Shown here: piece after piece, positions 20,499 through 28,139 of the stretch
Numbering within the stretch: position 1 is the stretch's first letter
Layout: each line of letters starts with the position of its first letter
Assembly (NCBI GenBank): GCA_018715495.1
Contig: DVLO01000022.1
Span: 77,172-141,171 of the forward strand
DNA length: 64,000 nucleotides
Reading direction: 5' to 3'
Source: Candidatus Limihabitans stercoravium
GTDB lineage: Bacteria > Bacillota > Clostridia > Christensenellales > CAG-314
Program-made: the position numbers and the translations under genes
The notes under the pieces: model-generated
What the model was told of the DNA's origin: nothing
What the model saw: only the letters and a program-made list of their open reading frames with translations
Databases searched by the model: none

Positions 20499-21740
20499 CT
20501 ACTTGACAGAAATGTACTTTGAAATGGTTGATATATATTTTCTGTCGATCACAACATCTATTTTCGCTCCGTCATCGGTGTAGGTAGCATTAGTGTTTGC
20601 GTCGTACTTGTTGAGCAAAGCCAACACTTTTCCTATTTCACTCATCGGTACTTCAAGATGTACTTTGGCATACTTTTGCATGAGATACTTTTCAATCAAC
20701 TGCCACAGGACGTCAATATTCTTCCCTGTCAGTGCCGAAACAAATACCGTATCCCCGACAAGCTCTGGTTTTCCGCCTGTGCATTTGTCCATCTTGTTGT
20801 AAACTGTAATTATTGGTGCGGTGACGCCCAATTCTGCCAACAGTTGTCTTGTTACATTGTTGTGCAACTGCACGTTGGGATTGGTTACATCCGCCACGTT
20901 TAATATGACGTCAGCAAGCAGTGTTTCATCCAATGTGGATTTAAAGGCTTTGACCAGTTGGTGAGGAAGATCCTTAATGAAGCCTACAGTATCGGTAACA
21001 ACAATGTCTATACCGTTACATTGTACTTTCCTTGTCGTTGTATCAAGGGTAGCAAACAGCAGATTTTCTGCAAAAACATTGTTGCCTGTAAGTGTGTTGA
21101 ACAGTGTTGACTTTCCGGCGTTAGTGTAGCCCACAAGAGCAACAGTAAAAACTTCCGACCTCATTCTGCTTTTACGCAATGTATCACGTTGTTTTTCAAG
21201 CTGTTCCAGTTCGGTGTTAAGCTGATAAATCTTGCGACGAATATTGCGTTTGTCTGTTTCAAGCTGTGTTTCACCGGGACCTCTTGTTCCTATTCCGCCA
21301 CCTTGCCTTGTGTATTCTTTATCCTGGCGGTTTGCAAGGCGATAGGAAAGTTGTGCCAGTTCTACTTGTTTTTTACCTTCAGCACTCTTTGCATGTAGTG
21401 CAAATATGTCCAGTATGAGGTCTGTCTTATCAATTACGTTGCATTCCAGTTTTTCCGTAATGTTTCGTCTTTGTATTGCGTTGAGGTTGTCACAAAACAA
21501 CACAGTATCCACTTCGTTAGCCTGGCAGTAATCTGCAATTTCCTGGAGTTTTCCGCTTCCCACAAGTGTTGCTTTGTCCGGAAGCTGTTTTTTCTGCACA
21601 AATGAAATTTCAATTTTTCCGTTTGCTGTGCGCACAAGTTCGGCAAGCTCAGCCATTTCGTATTCAAGATCGCTTGTATCCTTTTCAAGATATACAGCAA
21701 CCACCTTTTCAATCTTGTTTATTTGGGGTGTCACGCTCAT
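20499..21740 (-). CDS. hflX: GTPase HflX
   Basis: HflX N-domain plus G-domain (GYTNAGKST, DTVGF, NKMD). Confidence 0.95.
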   Translation of the reverse strand: MSVTPQINKIEKVVAVYLEKDTSDLEYEMAELAELVRTANGKIEISFVQKKQLPDKATLVGSGKLQEIADYCQANEVDTVLFCDNLNAIQRRNITEKLECNVIDKTDLILDIFALHAKSAEGKKQVELAQLSYRLANRQDKEYTRQGGGIGTRGPGETQLETDKRNIRRKIYQLNTELEQLEKQRDTLRKSRMRSEVFTVALVGYTNAGKSTLFNTLTGNNVFAENLLFATLDTTTRKVQCNGIDIVVTDTVGFIKDLPHQLVKAFKSTLDETLLADVILNVADVTNPNVQLHNNVTRQLLAELGVTAPIITVYNKMDKCTGGKPELVGDTVFVSALTGKNIDVLWQLIEKYLMQKYAKVHLEVPMSEIGKVLALLNKYDANTNATYTDDGAKIDVVIDRKYISTISKYISVK

Positions 21741-22802
21741 TTATTCTCCGTCTGAATCATCCGATTCACGCAAAGTTATTTTCTTAGATGCACTGCGGCG
21801 AATATCGTCGCTTATAGCAGCGTAGTGCTTCTTGGTTGTATTTACGTCCTTGTGTCCCAGCACATCAGCAACAACGTAAATGTCACCTGTACTGCGATAT
21901 AACTGAGTACCGAATGTGCTGCGCAACTTGTGAGGTGTGATGTTTTTAAGCGGAACGGCAATTTTGCTGTATTTTTTTACAATGTTTTCTACCGCCCTGG
22001 TGCTTATACGTTTGTTCTGCAGCGACAGGAACAACGCCGTTTCTTTGGGTGCGCCTGTGTAACTTTTTCGCCAGTAGTAGTAGTCGTACAACATTCCGGC
22101 TACTTCGTCTGAAAAATACAGTATAACTCTTGCGCCGCCCTTACGTGTCACGACAAAGCTGAGATTATCGAAATCGACATCTTCAACATCTATGCCCACA
22201 AGCTCACTGACACGTATACCTGTGCCCAATAACAGACCCACTATAGCGTAATCCCTTAGTTTGGTGTTTTCGGCATACTTAGACTGACGTTCTGTCAGCC
22301 CCTCTCCGCTGTCAACGACATCCAGCATTTGAGAAATCTCATCTTTCTCCAATCTGACGATATCTTTAGGTCGGATTTTTGGATTGTCCACCGAAACAGT
22401 GGGATTGTGTTTAAGTAATCCCTTCTTTTCGAAGTACCGCAGCAAAGAACGCACGGATGACAACTTGCGACTCTTTCCCTGTTCAGTGTTGCTTACTTCG
22501 TTTCCCTGTTCATCCTTGTAAAAAGACAGGTATTGCAGGTAGTACTCAAAATCAAACGGAGAAAGATTTTCGATATCAATCAATGTAATGTTACGTGCAT
22601 CCTTATTTTTGCATGATGCAACATGGGTTGTCAGGTAGGTGAAGAAAACCCTCAGATCGTAGGCGTAGTTGAGCCTGGTAAGCGGTGTAGTGCGTTGAGC
22701 TATACCGACAAAGTATTCTTTGCAAAATTCAGGCAAGCCTTCCAGCACGCTGTTCAGTTTTTCGGTGTTGTCAGCGTCACGCTGATGTGTGTATTTGCTC
22801 AT
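21741..22802 (-). CDS. Tyrosine-type site-specific recombinase (XerC/XerD-like)
   Basis: SAM-like N-domain and catalytic-domain motifs (TGIRVSEL, HKLRSTF, LGHKDVNTTKKHY). Its stop abuts the hflX start. Confidence 0.8.
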   Translation of the reverse strand: MSKYTHQRDADNTEKLNSVLEGLPEFCKEYFVGIAQRTTPLTRLNYAYDLRVFFTYLTTHVASCKNKDARNITLIDIENLSPFDFEYYLQYLSFYKDEQGNEVSNTEQGKSRKLSSVRSLLRYFEKKGLLKHNPTVSVDNPKIRPKDIVRLEKDEISQMLDVVDSGEGLTERQSKYAENTKLRDYAIVGLLLGTGIRVSELVGIDVEDVDFDNLSFVVTRKGGARVILYFSDEVAGMLYDYYYWRKSYTGAPKETALFLSLQNKRISTRAVENIVKKYSKIAVPLKNITPHKLRSTFGTQLYRSTGDIYVVADVLGHKDVNTTKKHYAAISDDIRRSASKKITLRESDDSDGE

Positions 22803-22808
22803 GCCTAC

Positions 22809-22837
22809 ATTATAATACTTTTTTTGTCATGTTGCAA
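22809..22837 (-). promoter_or_regulatory. Candidate sigma-A promoter of the recombinase-hflX unit (leaderless geometry)
   Basis: Minus strand: TTGCAA-17 nt-TATAAT, then 6 nt (GTAGGC), then ATG. No Shine-Dalgarno sequence. Confidence 0.6.
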
Positions 22838-22951
22838 GTGTTGAACTAAAAGGCTTTTGCAAAGACTCATTAAGCTTTAACAGCTTTTATTTGATAAAGC
22901 ATACTATGTAATTGAGTGTAACTCAAAATAACATTTCAAGGGGTCTTTTAA

Positions 22952-23293
22952 ATGGTTACAGATTTGCAAAATGAACAAACATGTCCCGCCGTTGCCTATC
23001 AGATGTCTTCAGTGTGCGTACCCGTCACAGTGACGCCATTTGCAAAAGCAGGTGCAACTGTTACAAAGTGCTGCGGTACAACAATCGTTACACCGGGTAA
23101 ATCCATTTGTGACGGCGTTAAGAACGGCACATGCGTATTTACAGTAGGTCAGAACATCTGCGTACAGGTTCCCGTAGAATTCGGCGCAGTTGCTCAGGTT
23201 GGCGACACCTATGTAAGCTGCAATGGCGCAACGGCTGATGATGTTTGCACAGATTGCAACCAAGGCACAATCATTCCTGAAGAACCTAGGTAG
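22952..23293 (+). CDS. Small Cys-rich protein of unknown function (113 aa, 10 Cys)
   Basis: GGGG RBS-like tract 9 nt upstream and its own terminator. V/T/G-rich with no signal peptide or TM. No family recognised. Confidence 0.6.
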   Translation: MVTDLQNEQTCPAVAYQMSSVCVPVTVTPFAKAGATVTKCCGTTIVTPGKSICDGVKNGTCVFTVGQNICVQVPVEFGAVAQVGDTYVSCNGATADDVCTDCNQGTIIPEEPR

Positions 23294-23358
23294 AAGAAGT
23301 CATTGCTTAACAGTAATCTTTTCCTACAAAAGTTTCGATATTGACTGCCTGATTCATC

Positions 23359-23390
23359 TGAGATGCCCCTTGTGAGCATCTCATTTTTCT
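23359..23390 (+). terminator. Intrinsic terminator after the Cys-rich ORF
   Basis: TGAGATGC / GCATCTCA stem followed by TTTTTCTT. Confidence 0.75.
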
Positions 23391-23431
23391 TGCCACAATT
23401 CTATATATGTCCTGCAATACAGCAATTTAAA

Positions 23432-23471
23432 CAAAAAAAACAAACAGGCTGGACTTACATCCAACCTGTTT
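23432..23471 (-). terminator. Strong intrinsic terminator with no convincing annotated gene upstream
   Basis: Minus strand: AAACAGGTTGGA / TCCAGCCTGTTT hairpin followed by GTTTTTTTT. Confidence 0.8.
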
Positions 23472-23889
23472 CAACAGTCAATACAATTTCAAGTGTTTTT
23501 GCGATTTTGATTGGTGGCTTAACTACAGAGACTGACCATGTTTTAATACCGGTGAAGTGTAATGATCACACTCAACAACATCAATATCAACTAAACATGT
23601 TATTTCCGAAATCAAACAGTGTACATCATACCAACAACGGGGAATATATCAGACGATACAGTAGTTCAAGTTTCAGAAATTTTATCCTTGTATTTACATC
23701 GCTTTGTTACTCACATTACGCAGTCTGATAAAGGTGGATGTCACAAAATATGCCAATCCGAAACATTAATAGTAATAACCTTTTCTAGTTTGCTAACAGT
23801 GAGTTTCTACCCAATGTGTTGCATTGACAATGTTGCCACATTAATACAATCAAGTACTAATTAATGATTGCATAAGTGTATAACTCATT
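23432..23889 (-). ncRNA. Candidate transcript of about 455 nt with no convincing ORF (function unknown)
   Basis: Bounded by a consensus promoter (23896-23924) and a terminator (23432-23471). No minus-strand ORF of 60 aa or more. Only micro-ORFs were found by hand translation. Confidence 0.35.
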
Positions 23890-23895
23890 ACACAC

Positions 23896-23924
23896 ATTAT
23901 ACTCACCAATCGGTGTAATGTCAA
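23896..23924 (-). promoter_or_regulatory. Perfect-consensus sigma-A promoter divergent from the Xre gene
   Basis: Minus strand: TTGACA-17 nt-TATAAT. The 17-nt spacer is exactly one operator 17-mer. Confidence 0.7.
23902..23918. promoter_or_regulatory. Operator 17-mer O1 (CTCACCAATCGGTGTAA)
   Basis: One of two near-identical 17-mers. Contains the near-palindrome CACCAATCGGTG. Confidence 0.6.
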
Positions 23925-23930
23925 TCATTT

Positions 23931-23947
23931 CTCACCAATTGGTGTAA
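23931..23947. promoter_or_regulatory. Operator 17-mer O2 (CTCACCAATTGGTGTAA)
   Basis: Contains the perfect 12-bp palindrome CACCAATTGGTG. Starts 29 bp from O1 and lies just upstream of the Xre RBS. Confidence 0.6.
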
Positions 23948-23970
23948 AGTTAGTTTGGAGGTGTGTAACA

Positions 23971-24177
23971 ATGTACATGGAAAAATTTGCAGAACGGCTT
24001 AAAGAATTGATAGGTGAAGAAAGTGTATATTCAGTTGCGAAAAAGATTGGAATACCGCAGCAAACACTCTCAAGATATCTACATTGCCAACGTGAAATAG
24101 GCATCGAAAACTTGTGTAAAATTGCCAACTATTTCAAGGAAGACCTTGACTTTCTGTGCGGCAGAAAGGATTACTGA
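23971..24177 (+). CDS. Xre-family helix-turn-helix transcriptional regulator (68 aa)
   Basis: FAERLKELIGEESVYSVAKKIGIPQQTLSRYLHCQREIGIENLCKIANYF is a typical HTH_XRE. GGAGG RBS. Confidence 0.8.
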   Translation: MYMEKFAERLKELIGEESVYSVAKKIGIPQQTLSRYLHCQREIGIENLCKIANYFKEDLDFLCGRKDY

Positions 24178-24376
24178 TCTTCCGTGTCTGTTTATTTATT
24201 TGATAAATTAAAGTAAACGAACTCACAAAAAGTAGTGGGTTTAAATAGTGTGCAGTCTATAATCACTGTGTGAAGTGTGGCAATCATCATTTTTAATTGA
24301 TGAATCTGCAGATTTAATTTTAAATACGTTTTATTTACATCGTTGAAACTTGGTTTGTCTAGCCAAAGATTAAAAT

Positions 24377-24473
24377 GTCACAAAGCAACCCGTTGCGTGT
24401 GAGAATCGCTGTAAAATAAAAAAAAGCCTGGATCAATTCATCCAGACTTCTGTGGCAGGGGAGACGCGATTCG
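24377..24473. repeat. 97-bp direct repeat, copy 1 (includes the 21-nt tRNA-Trp 3' fragment and a duplicated terminator)
   Basis: Identical by eye to 24560-24656, offset 183 bp. Confidence 0.9.
24453..24473 (-). pseudogene. Orphan 3' fragment of tRNA-Trp (T-loop half to CCA)
   Basis: TGGCAGGGGAGACGCGATTCG equals the last 21 nt of the intact tRNA. Identity breaks inside the T-loop. Confidence 0.8.
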
Positions 24474-24559
24474 CAAGGAGCGTAGCGACGGAATAGCGAA
24501 GGAATTGCCACAATTCAAATACCTTCAGACACAGACTGAATTCACTTTAAAGTCTGAGC

Positions 24560-24656
24560 GTCACAAAGCAACCCGTTGCGTGTGAGAATCGCTGTAAAAT
24601 AAAAAAAAGCCTGGATCAATTCATCCAGACTTCTGTGGCAGGGGAGACGCGATTCG
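24560..24656. repeat. 97-bp direct repeat, copy 2 (3' end of the intact tRNA-Trp plus downstream terminator)
   Basis: Identical by eye to 24377-24473. Confidence 0.9.
24601..24630 (-). terminator. Intrinsic terminator of tRNA-Trp (duplicated at 24418-24447)
   Basis: Minus strand: GTCTGGAT / ATCCAGGC stem followed by T8. Confidence 0.8.
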
Positions 24657-24710
24657 AACACGCAACCTACGGTTTTGGAGACCGCTACTCTACCGTTGAG
24701 CCACTCCCCT
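24636..24710 (-). tRNA. trnW: tRNA-Trp (anticodon CCA), CCA end encoded
   Basis: Folded by hand. Acceptor AGGGGAG/CTCCCCT, D-arm GCTC/GAGT, anticodon stem GCGGT/ACCGT with loop CTCCAAA, T-arm GCGTG-TTCGAAT-CGCGT, then G-CCA. Confidence 0.95.
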
Positions 24711-24761
24711 AAATTATTGTAAAAAACAACTTAAAATTGTTTGCAAACAAACTGCTTTACT

Positions 24762-24790
24762 ATTATAATAAATACTGAAAAATAAGTCAA
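24762..24790 (-). promoter_or_regulatory. Candidate sigma-A promoter for tRNA-Trp
   Basis: Minus strand: TTGACT-17 nt-TATAAT, about 50 nt upstream of the tRNA 5' end. Confidence 0.6.
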
Positions 24791-24817
24791 CAATATACGG
24801 GAAATTTTTAGCTATTT

Positions 24818-25285
24818 ATGAAAAAAATCACAATATATACCGATGGTGCATGTTCGGGAAATCCCGGCGTAGGCGGATGGGGCGCAATACTCAGTTATAA
24901 GGGCGTAGAAAAGGAAATAAGCGGTTACGACAAAAGTACGACCAACAATAGAATGGAAATGTTTGCCGTCATACAAGCCCTCAGATGCCTCAAGGAAAGC
25001 TGTGAATGCGTAATCTACACTGACTCTCAGTACGTTGCGGATGCGTTCAATCAGGGATGGTTAAAATCGTGGCAAGCAAATAACTGGCGTACTGCCTCAA
25101 AATCAGAAGTAAAAAATGTTGATTTGTGGAAGGCACTTCTTTACGAATTAAACAAACACAGCGTTTCTTTTGTAAAGGTAAAGGGGCATGCAGACAACGA
25201 ATTCAACAACCGTTGTGACAAACTTGCACGTGGTGAAGTGGACAGATATCTTGCAATCATGAAGGAAAGCGGAAATGAGGTATGA
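24818..25285 (+). CDS. rnhA: Ribonuclease HI
   Basis: IYTDGACSGNPGVGGWGAIL, NNRMEM, YTDSQY and GHADNEFNNRCDKLA are the RNase H DEDD motifs. Confidence 0.9.
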   Translation: MKKITIYTDGACSGNPGVGGWGAILSYKGVEKEISGYDKSTTNNRMEMFAVIQALRCLKESCECVIYTDSQYVADAFNQGWLKSWQANNWRTASKSEVKNVDLWKALLYELNKHSVSFVKVKGHADNEFNNRCDKLARGEVDRYLAIMKESGNEV

Positions 25286-25781
25286 TGAATGCTATAAGCA
25301 GGATGTACGTTTTGTTTTGGCAAGCATTTCAGACGCAGAAACATTCGGGCAACTGCGCAAACAATGTTGGCAAAGTACCTACAGAGGCATTTACCCAGAT
25401 GAGATAATTGACAATTTTGATTTCAGTTTTCACCTGGAACAAGATATAAAAAGATTGAATGACAAACAGTACAAGAATTTTCTCATAAAACGCAACAATG
25501 TAAATATCGGATACATGACATTGAAATTTAACAGTGACTTTCTTTTAATTCAATCCTTGTATCTGTTAGCGAACGAACAATGTAAAGGTATAGGCAATAG
25601 GGCTTTCCAAATGGTGCGAAGCATATGTGCAGAAAACAGAATGTCCCACTTTATCTGTTACTGTCATCCAAACAATGTGCAAGCTCTAACATTTTATCGA
25701 AAAATGGGTGGTAGAGTAATTTCACATGAAATCTGCAGTGAAAGTTGGCAAAATTCTGTGTGTCTGAAATTTGAAATTTAA
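25275..25781 (+). CDS. GNAT family N-acetyltransferase
   Basis: 168 aa with an acetyl-CoA binding-like segment QCKGIGNRAF and a C-terminal FYRKMGG. Confidence 0.7.
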   Translation: MRYDECYKQDVRFVLASISDAETFGQLRKQCWQSTYRGIYPDEIIDNFDFSFHLEQDIKRLNDKQYKNFLIKRNNVNIGYMTLKFNSDFLLIQSLYLLANEQCKGIGNRAFQMVRSICAENRMSHFICYCHPNNVQALTFYRKMGGRVISHEICSESWQNSVCLKFEI

Positions 25782-25790
25782 ATATAAAAT

Positions 25791-25821
25791 AAACAGGCTA
25801 ATCGTTGTGATTAGCCTGTTT
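25791..25821. terminator. Bidirectional terminator between the GNAT and PadR-like genes
   Basis: AAACAGGCTAATC / GATTAGCCTGTTT 13-bp stem with T/A-runs on both sides. Confidence 0.8.
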
Positions 25822-25823
25822 TA

Positions 25824-27230
25824 TTATTTGCTGTATTTCTTGTATAGAATATTGAAGATTACAACACCAAGGGGGAACATTGCCAGCAACACTGCAGGTG
25901 CAACTATTCCGGCAAGTACAATAGGGGTGTTGTTTAACTTTATCAAGTCAAATCCGAAAACAAATGCCAGAAGCAGTATCAGAACTATCACAGCAAGACC
26001 TGAGGTGTACATCAAGATTCTTGAGAAGTTGAGGTTTGTGCGCTGTTCTCTGGCAGGACCGGAAATGTAACGGAAAGATGTTACAATGGGAACAATCAAA
26101 CCTACTACAATACAAGCGACGTAGTAACCCCATGTACCCGTTGAGAGATTTGCCAAGCACATAGCACCAAGTATTACAAACAGGATAGCAAATGTAATCC
26201 AGGACGCCGTAAAAGCCAGCTTGCGCATGGGAACAAGTTCAATTGATCTGTAAACGGAAGTAGTGCGATTGAAGATGCGCATACGTATTCCCTGTTTTGC
26301 AAGCGAATCCGCCATATCCTCAAGTGGCAAAGGACGGTCATTAGCAAACTGCATATTGATTTTGTCAGTTTGCTGTTCGTTAAAATCACGCATACCGTCC
26401 AGCTGATCGCCAAGAACATTCATCAACACGTGCTGATAGTTTTCACCGTTTGACTCCGGTTCACGCATTGACAGTTCCTGCGCTTTCAGGTCGAATTTCT
26501 GCATGAAATCTTCAGCGTCATCCTGATTTACTTCGAATTTTCTCAACTTGCTTTCATCAGGCTGCTGTTCTAGATGAACTTGCGTCTCCGTAGCAACAGA
26601 AACATTGTCGGCAGGTTGTGCTTCCTGCTTGATTTCAACATATTCTGTTGTCTTGTCAGTAACAGTTTCTGTTGATTCTGAAGAAGGTGCCGTTTCGGGA
26701 ATGGATGGTTTTTCTTCAGCTTTTGGCTGCTGCTCTATGTAAACGGGCCTTGGTTCTTCGTTTTTCTGACTCAACGCATTCAATCGTTCGGCAATCAGGT
26801 CCTGTTCGGTCAGTTTGTCAAGTATCTTGTTGCGACGAGGTCTTTTTTGTTTGCTGCCAAACAGTGGTGTGACTTGATCCTGTGTGGCAATCTCAACGTT
26901 TGCAGTGTCATCGACAAGGTTACTCATGACCGTCTGGTGGTATTTCCACTCTGCCATGAACTGTTCGCAACTGACACGTCCGCTTTCGGTAAGTTTGTAG
27001 TACCTACGGCGACCGCCGTTAGACTCAGCGCCCCAATACGAATAAATCAACTCCTGTGATTCAAGACGTTTGAGGTATGAATACAGTGTCGGCTGCTTTA
27101 TTTCGTACTGATTTTCGGTGCGATCCTTGATTTCTTTGGCTATTTCGTAACCGTATTTGTCTCCGTTGTACAGCGAACACAAAATGATGGTTTCTATATT
27201 TCCCTTTAAAAAGGTAAAGTCGCCACTCAT
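25824..27230 (-). CDS. PadR-family wHTH regulator fused to an acidic linker and a C-terminal multi-TM domain (468 aa)
   Basis: The N-terminus (ILCSLYNGDKYGYEIAKEI...PTLYSYLKRLESQELI...RRRYYKLTESG) is PadR. The C-terminal roughly 140 aa contains several hydrophobic helices. Confidence 0.8.
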   Translation of the reverse strand: MSGDFTFLKGNIETIILCSLYNGDKYGYEIAKEIKDRTENQYEIKQPTLYSYLKRLESQELIYSYWGAESNGGRRRYYKLTESGRVSCEQFMAEWKYHQTVMSNLVDDTANVEIATQDQVTPLFGSKQKRPRRNKILDKLTEQDLIAERLNALSQKNEEPRPVYIEQQPKAEEKPSIPETAPSSESTETVTDKTTEYVEIKQEAQPADNVSVATETQVHLEQQPDESKLRKFEVNQDDAEDFMQKFDLKAQELSMREPESNGENYQHVLMNVLGDQLDGMRDFNEQQTDKINMQFANDRPLPLEDMADSLAKQGIRMRIFNRTTSVYRSIELVPMRKLAFTASWITFAILFVILGAMCLANLSTGTWGYYVACIVVGLIVPIVTSFRYISGPAREQRTNLNFSRILMYTSGLAVIVLILLLAFVFGFDLIKLNNTPIVLAGIVAPAVLLAMFPLGVVIFNILYKKYSK

Positions 27231-27440
27231 AAACGGGTTTCTCCTTTGTAATCTTTACAAAATTATATGATACAATGTCGAAAATGTCAATATCTAAGAA
27301 TACTATTTCAGTCATAATATCAACAAAATTTGCATTTGAACGCAAAAAACAGAAAAATGGTGGGAATTTTGTGTGAAAAAATACATAATTTCGACTAATT
27401 TTTCGCTAATTAACAAAATGGAAACTGGTATTATTTCGTC

Positions 27441-28139
27441 ATGAAGCTGGTAATTCAACGACATAATGGTCATACAGGAAAAATTCAATTTCGTATCATT
27501 GATAACGTAATACATGCCGAAACCGATCAGGATACTTCAGCTGATGAGGTCAAACAATATATAAAAGCAAACAAGAATTGGTTTGCTAAAAAACTGACCA
27601 CACAGATTAATCAGACAGACAGCAAATCAAATCTTCGTTGTGACAGTCAGATTGCGCAAATTTTTTCTGGAATAAAAACATTAATATGTGGCGAATTAAT
27701 TGATGTAATGAGTTACCAGGACAAAAAACCTGAATTAATAGATGACATTTTGTATATTAACCAGCAAAAATTTAAAGACAAATACACAAGAAATGCTGAA
27801 ATCCAGAAGTTTCTTTTGCGATTAGCAAAAGATTTCTTACCACAGGAGATCTCCTCAATAGGAACAAAGATGTCACTGTGTCCATGTAAAATAACCATAA
27901 AAGCCTTGCATTCGGATCAATGGATTGTCTGCACAAATCCCAAACAACGTGAAATATGTCTGGATTACCGTGTTGTACAGCTGCCTTCCAAACTAAGGAA
28001 GTTTCTGATGATTCACAGTTTTGCGCATTTTTATCAGGCCGTTCACAATTACGCATTTTGGCAAGTCGTCCAACAATACATGGGAAATTATACTGATTGC
28101 CTGAATCAGCTTTCTGACTTCAGCTTTCTGAAAATGTGA
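27441..28139 (+). CDS. YgjP/DUF45 (M48-like) family protein with a degenerate zinc motif
   Basis: The C-terminus LPSKLRKFLMIHSFAHFYQAVHNYAFW aligns to the DUF45 pattern hHELxHLxxxNHSxxFW. HExxH is replaced by HSFAH. Confidence 0.65.
   Translation: MKLVIQRHNGHTGKIQFRIIDNVIHAETDQDTSADEVKQYIKANKNWFAKKLTTQINQTDSKSNLRCDSQIAQIFSGIKTLICGELIDVMSYQDKKPELIDDILYINQQKFKDKYTRNAEIQKFLLRLAKDFLPQEISSIGTKMSLCPCKITIKALHSDQWIVCTNPKQREICLDYRVVQLPSKLRKFLMIHSFAHFYQAVHNYAFWQVVQQYMGNYTDCLNQLSDFSFLKM

Noticed and set aside
21741-22802. The idea that the tyrosine recombinase is the integrase of an island inserted at tRNA-Trp.
   Set aside because: It lies about 1.6 kb from the repeats, on the far side of the Cys-rich gene. 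It abuts hflX with no intervening att-like repeat, and I found no third copy of the tRNA 3' fragment to its left. I cannot exclude the idea without genome comparison.
23363-23864. Plus-strand ORFs 23363-23728 (121 aa) and 23619-23864 (81 aa) in the region I interpret as lacking a convincing ORF.
   Set aside because: The first starts inside the terminator hairpin of the upstream gene and reads through the minus-strand terminator. Neither has a Shine-Dalgarno sequence or any recognisable motif. They remain the main alternative explanation for this region and should be tested by ribosome profiling or homology search.
23925-24128. 67-aa ORF antisense to the Xre gene.
   Set aside because: It overlaps the well-supported HTH gene almost entirely and has no RBS or motif.
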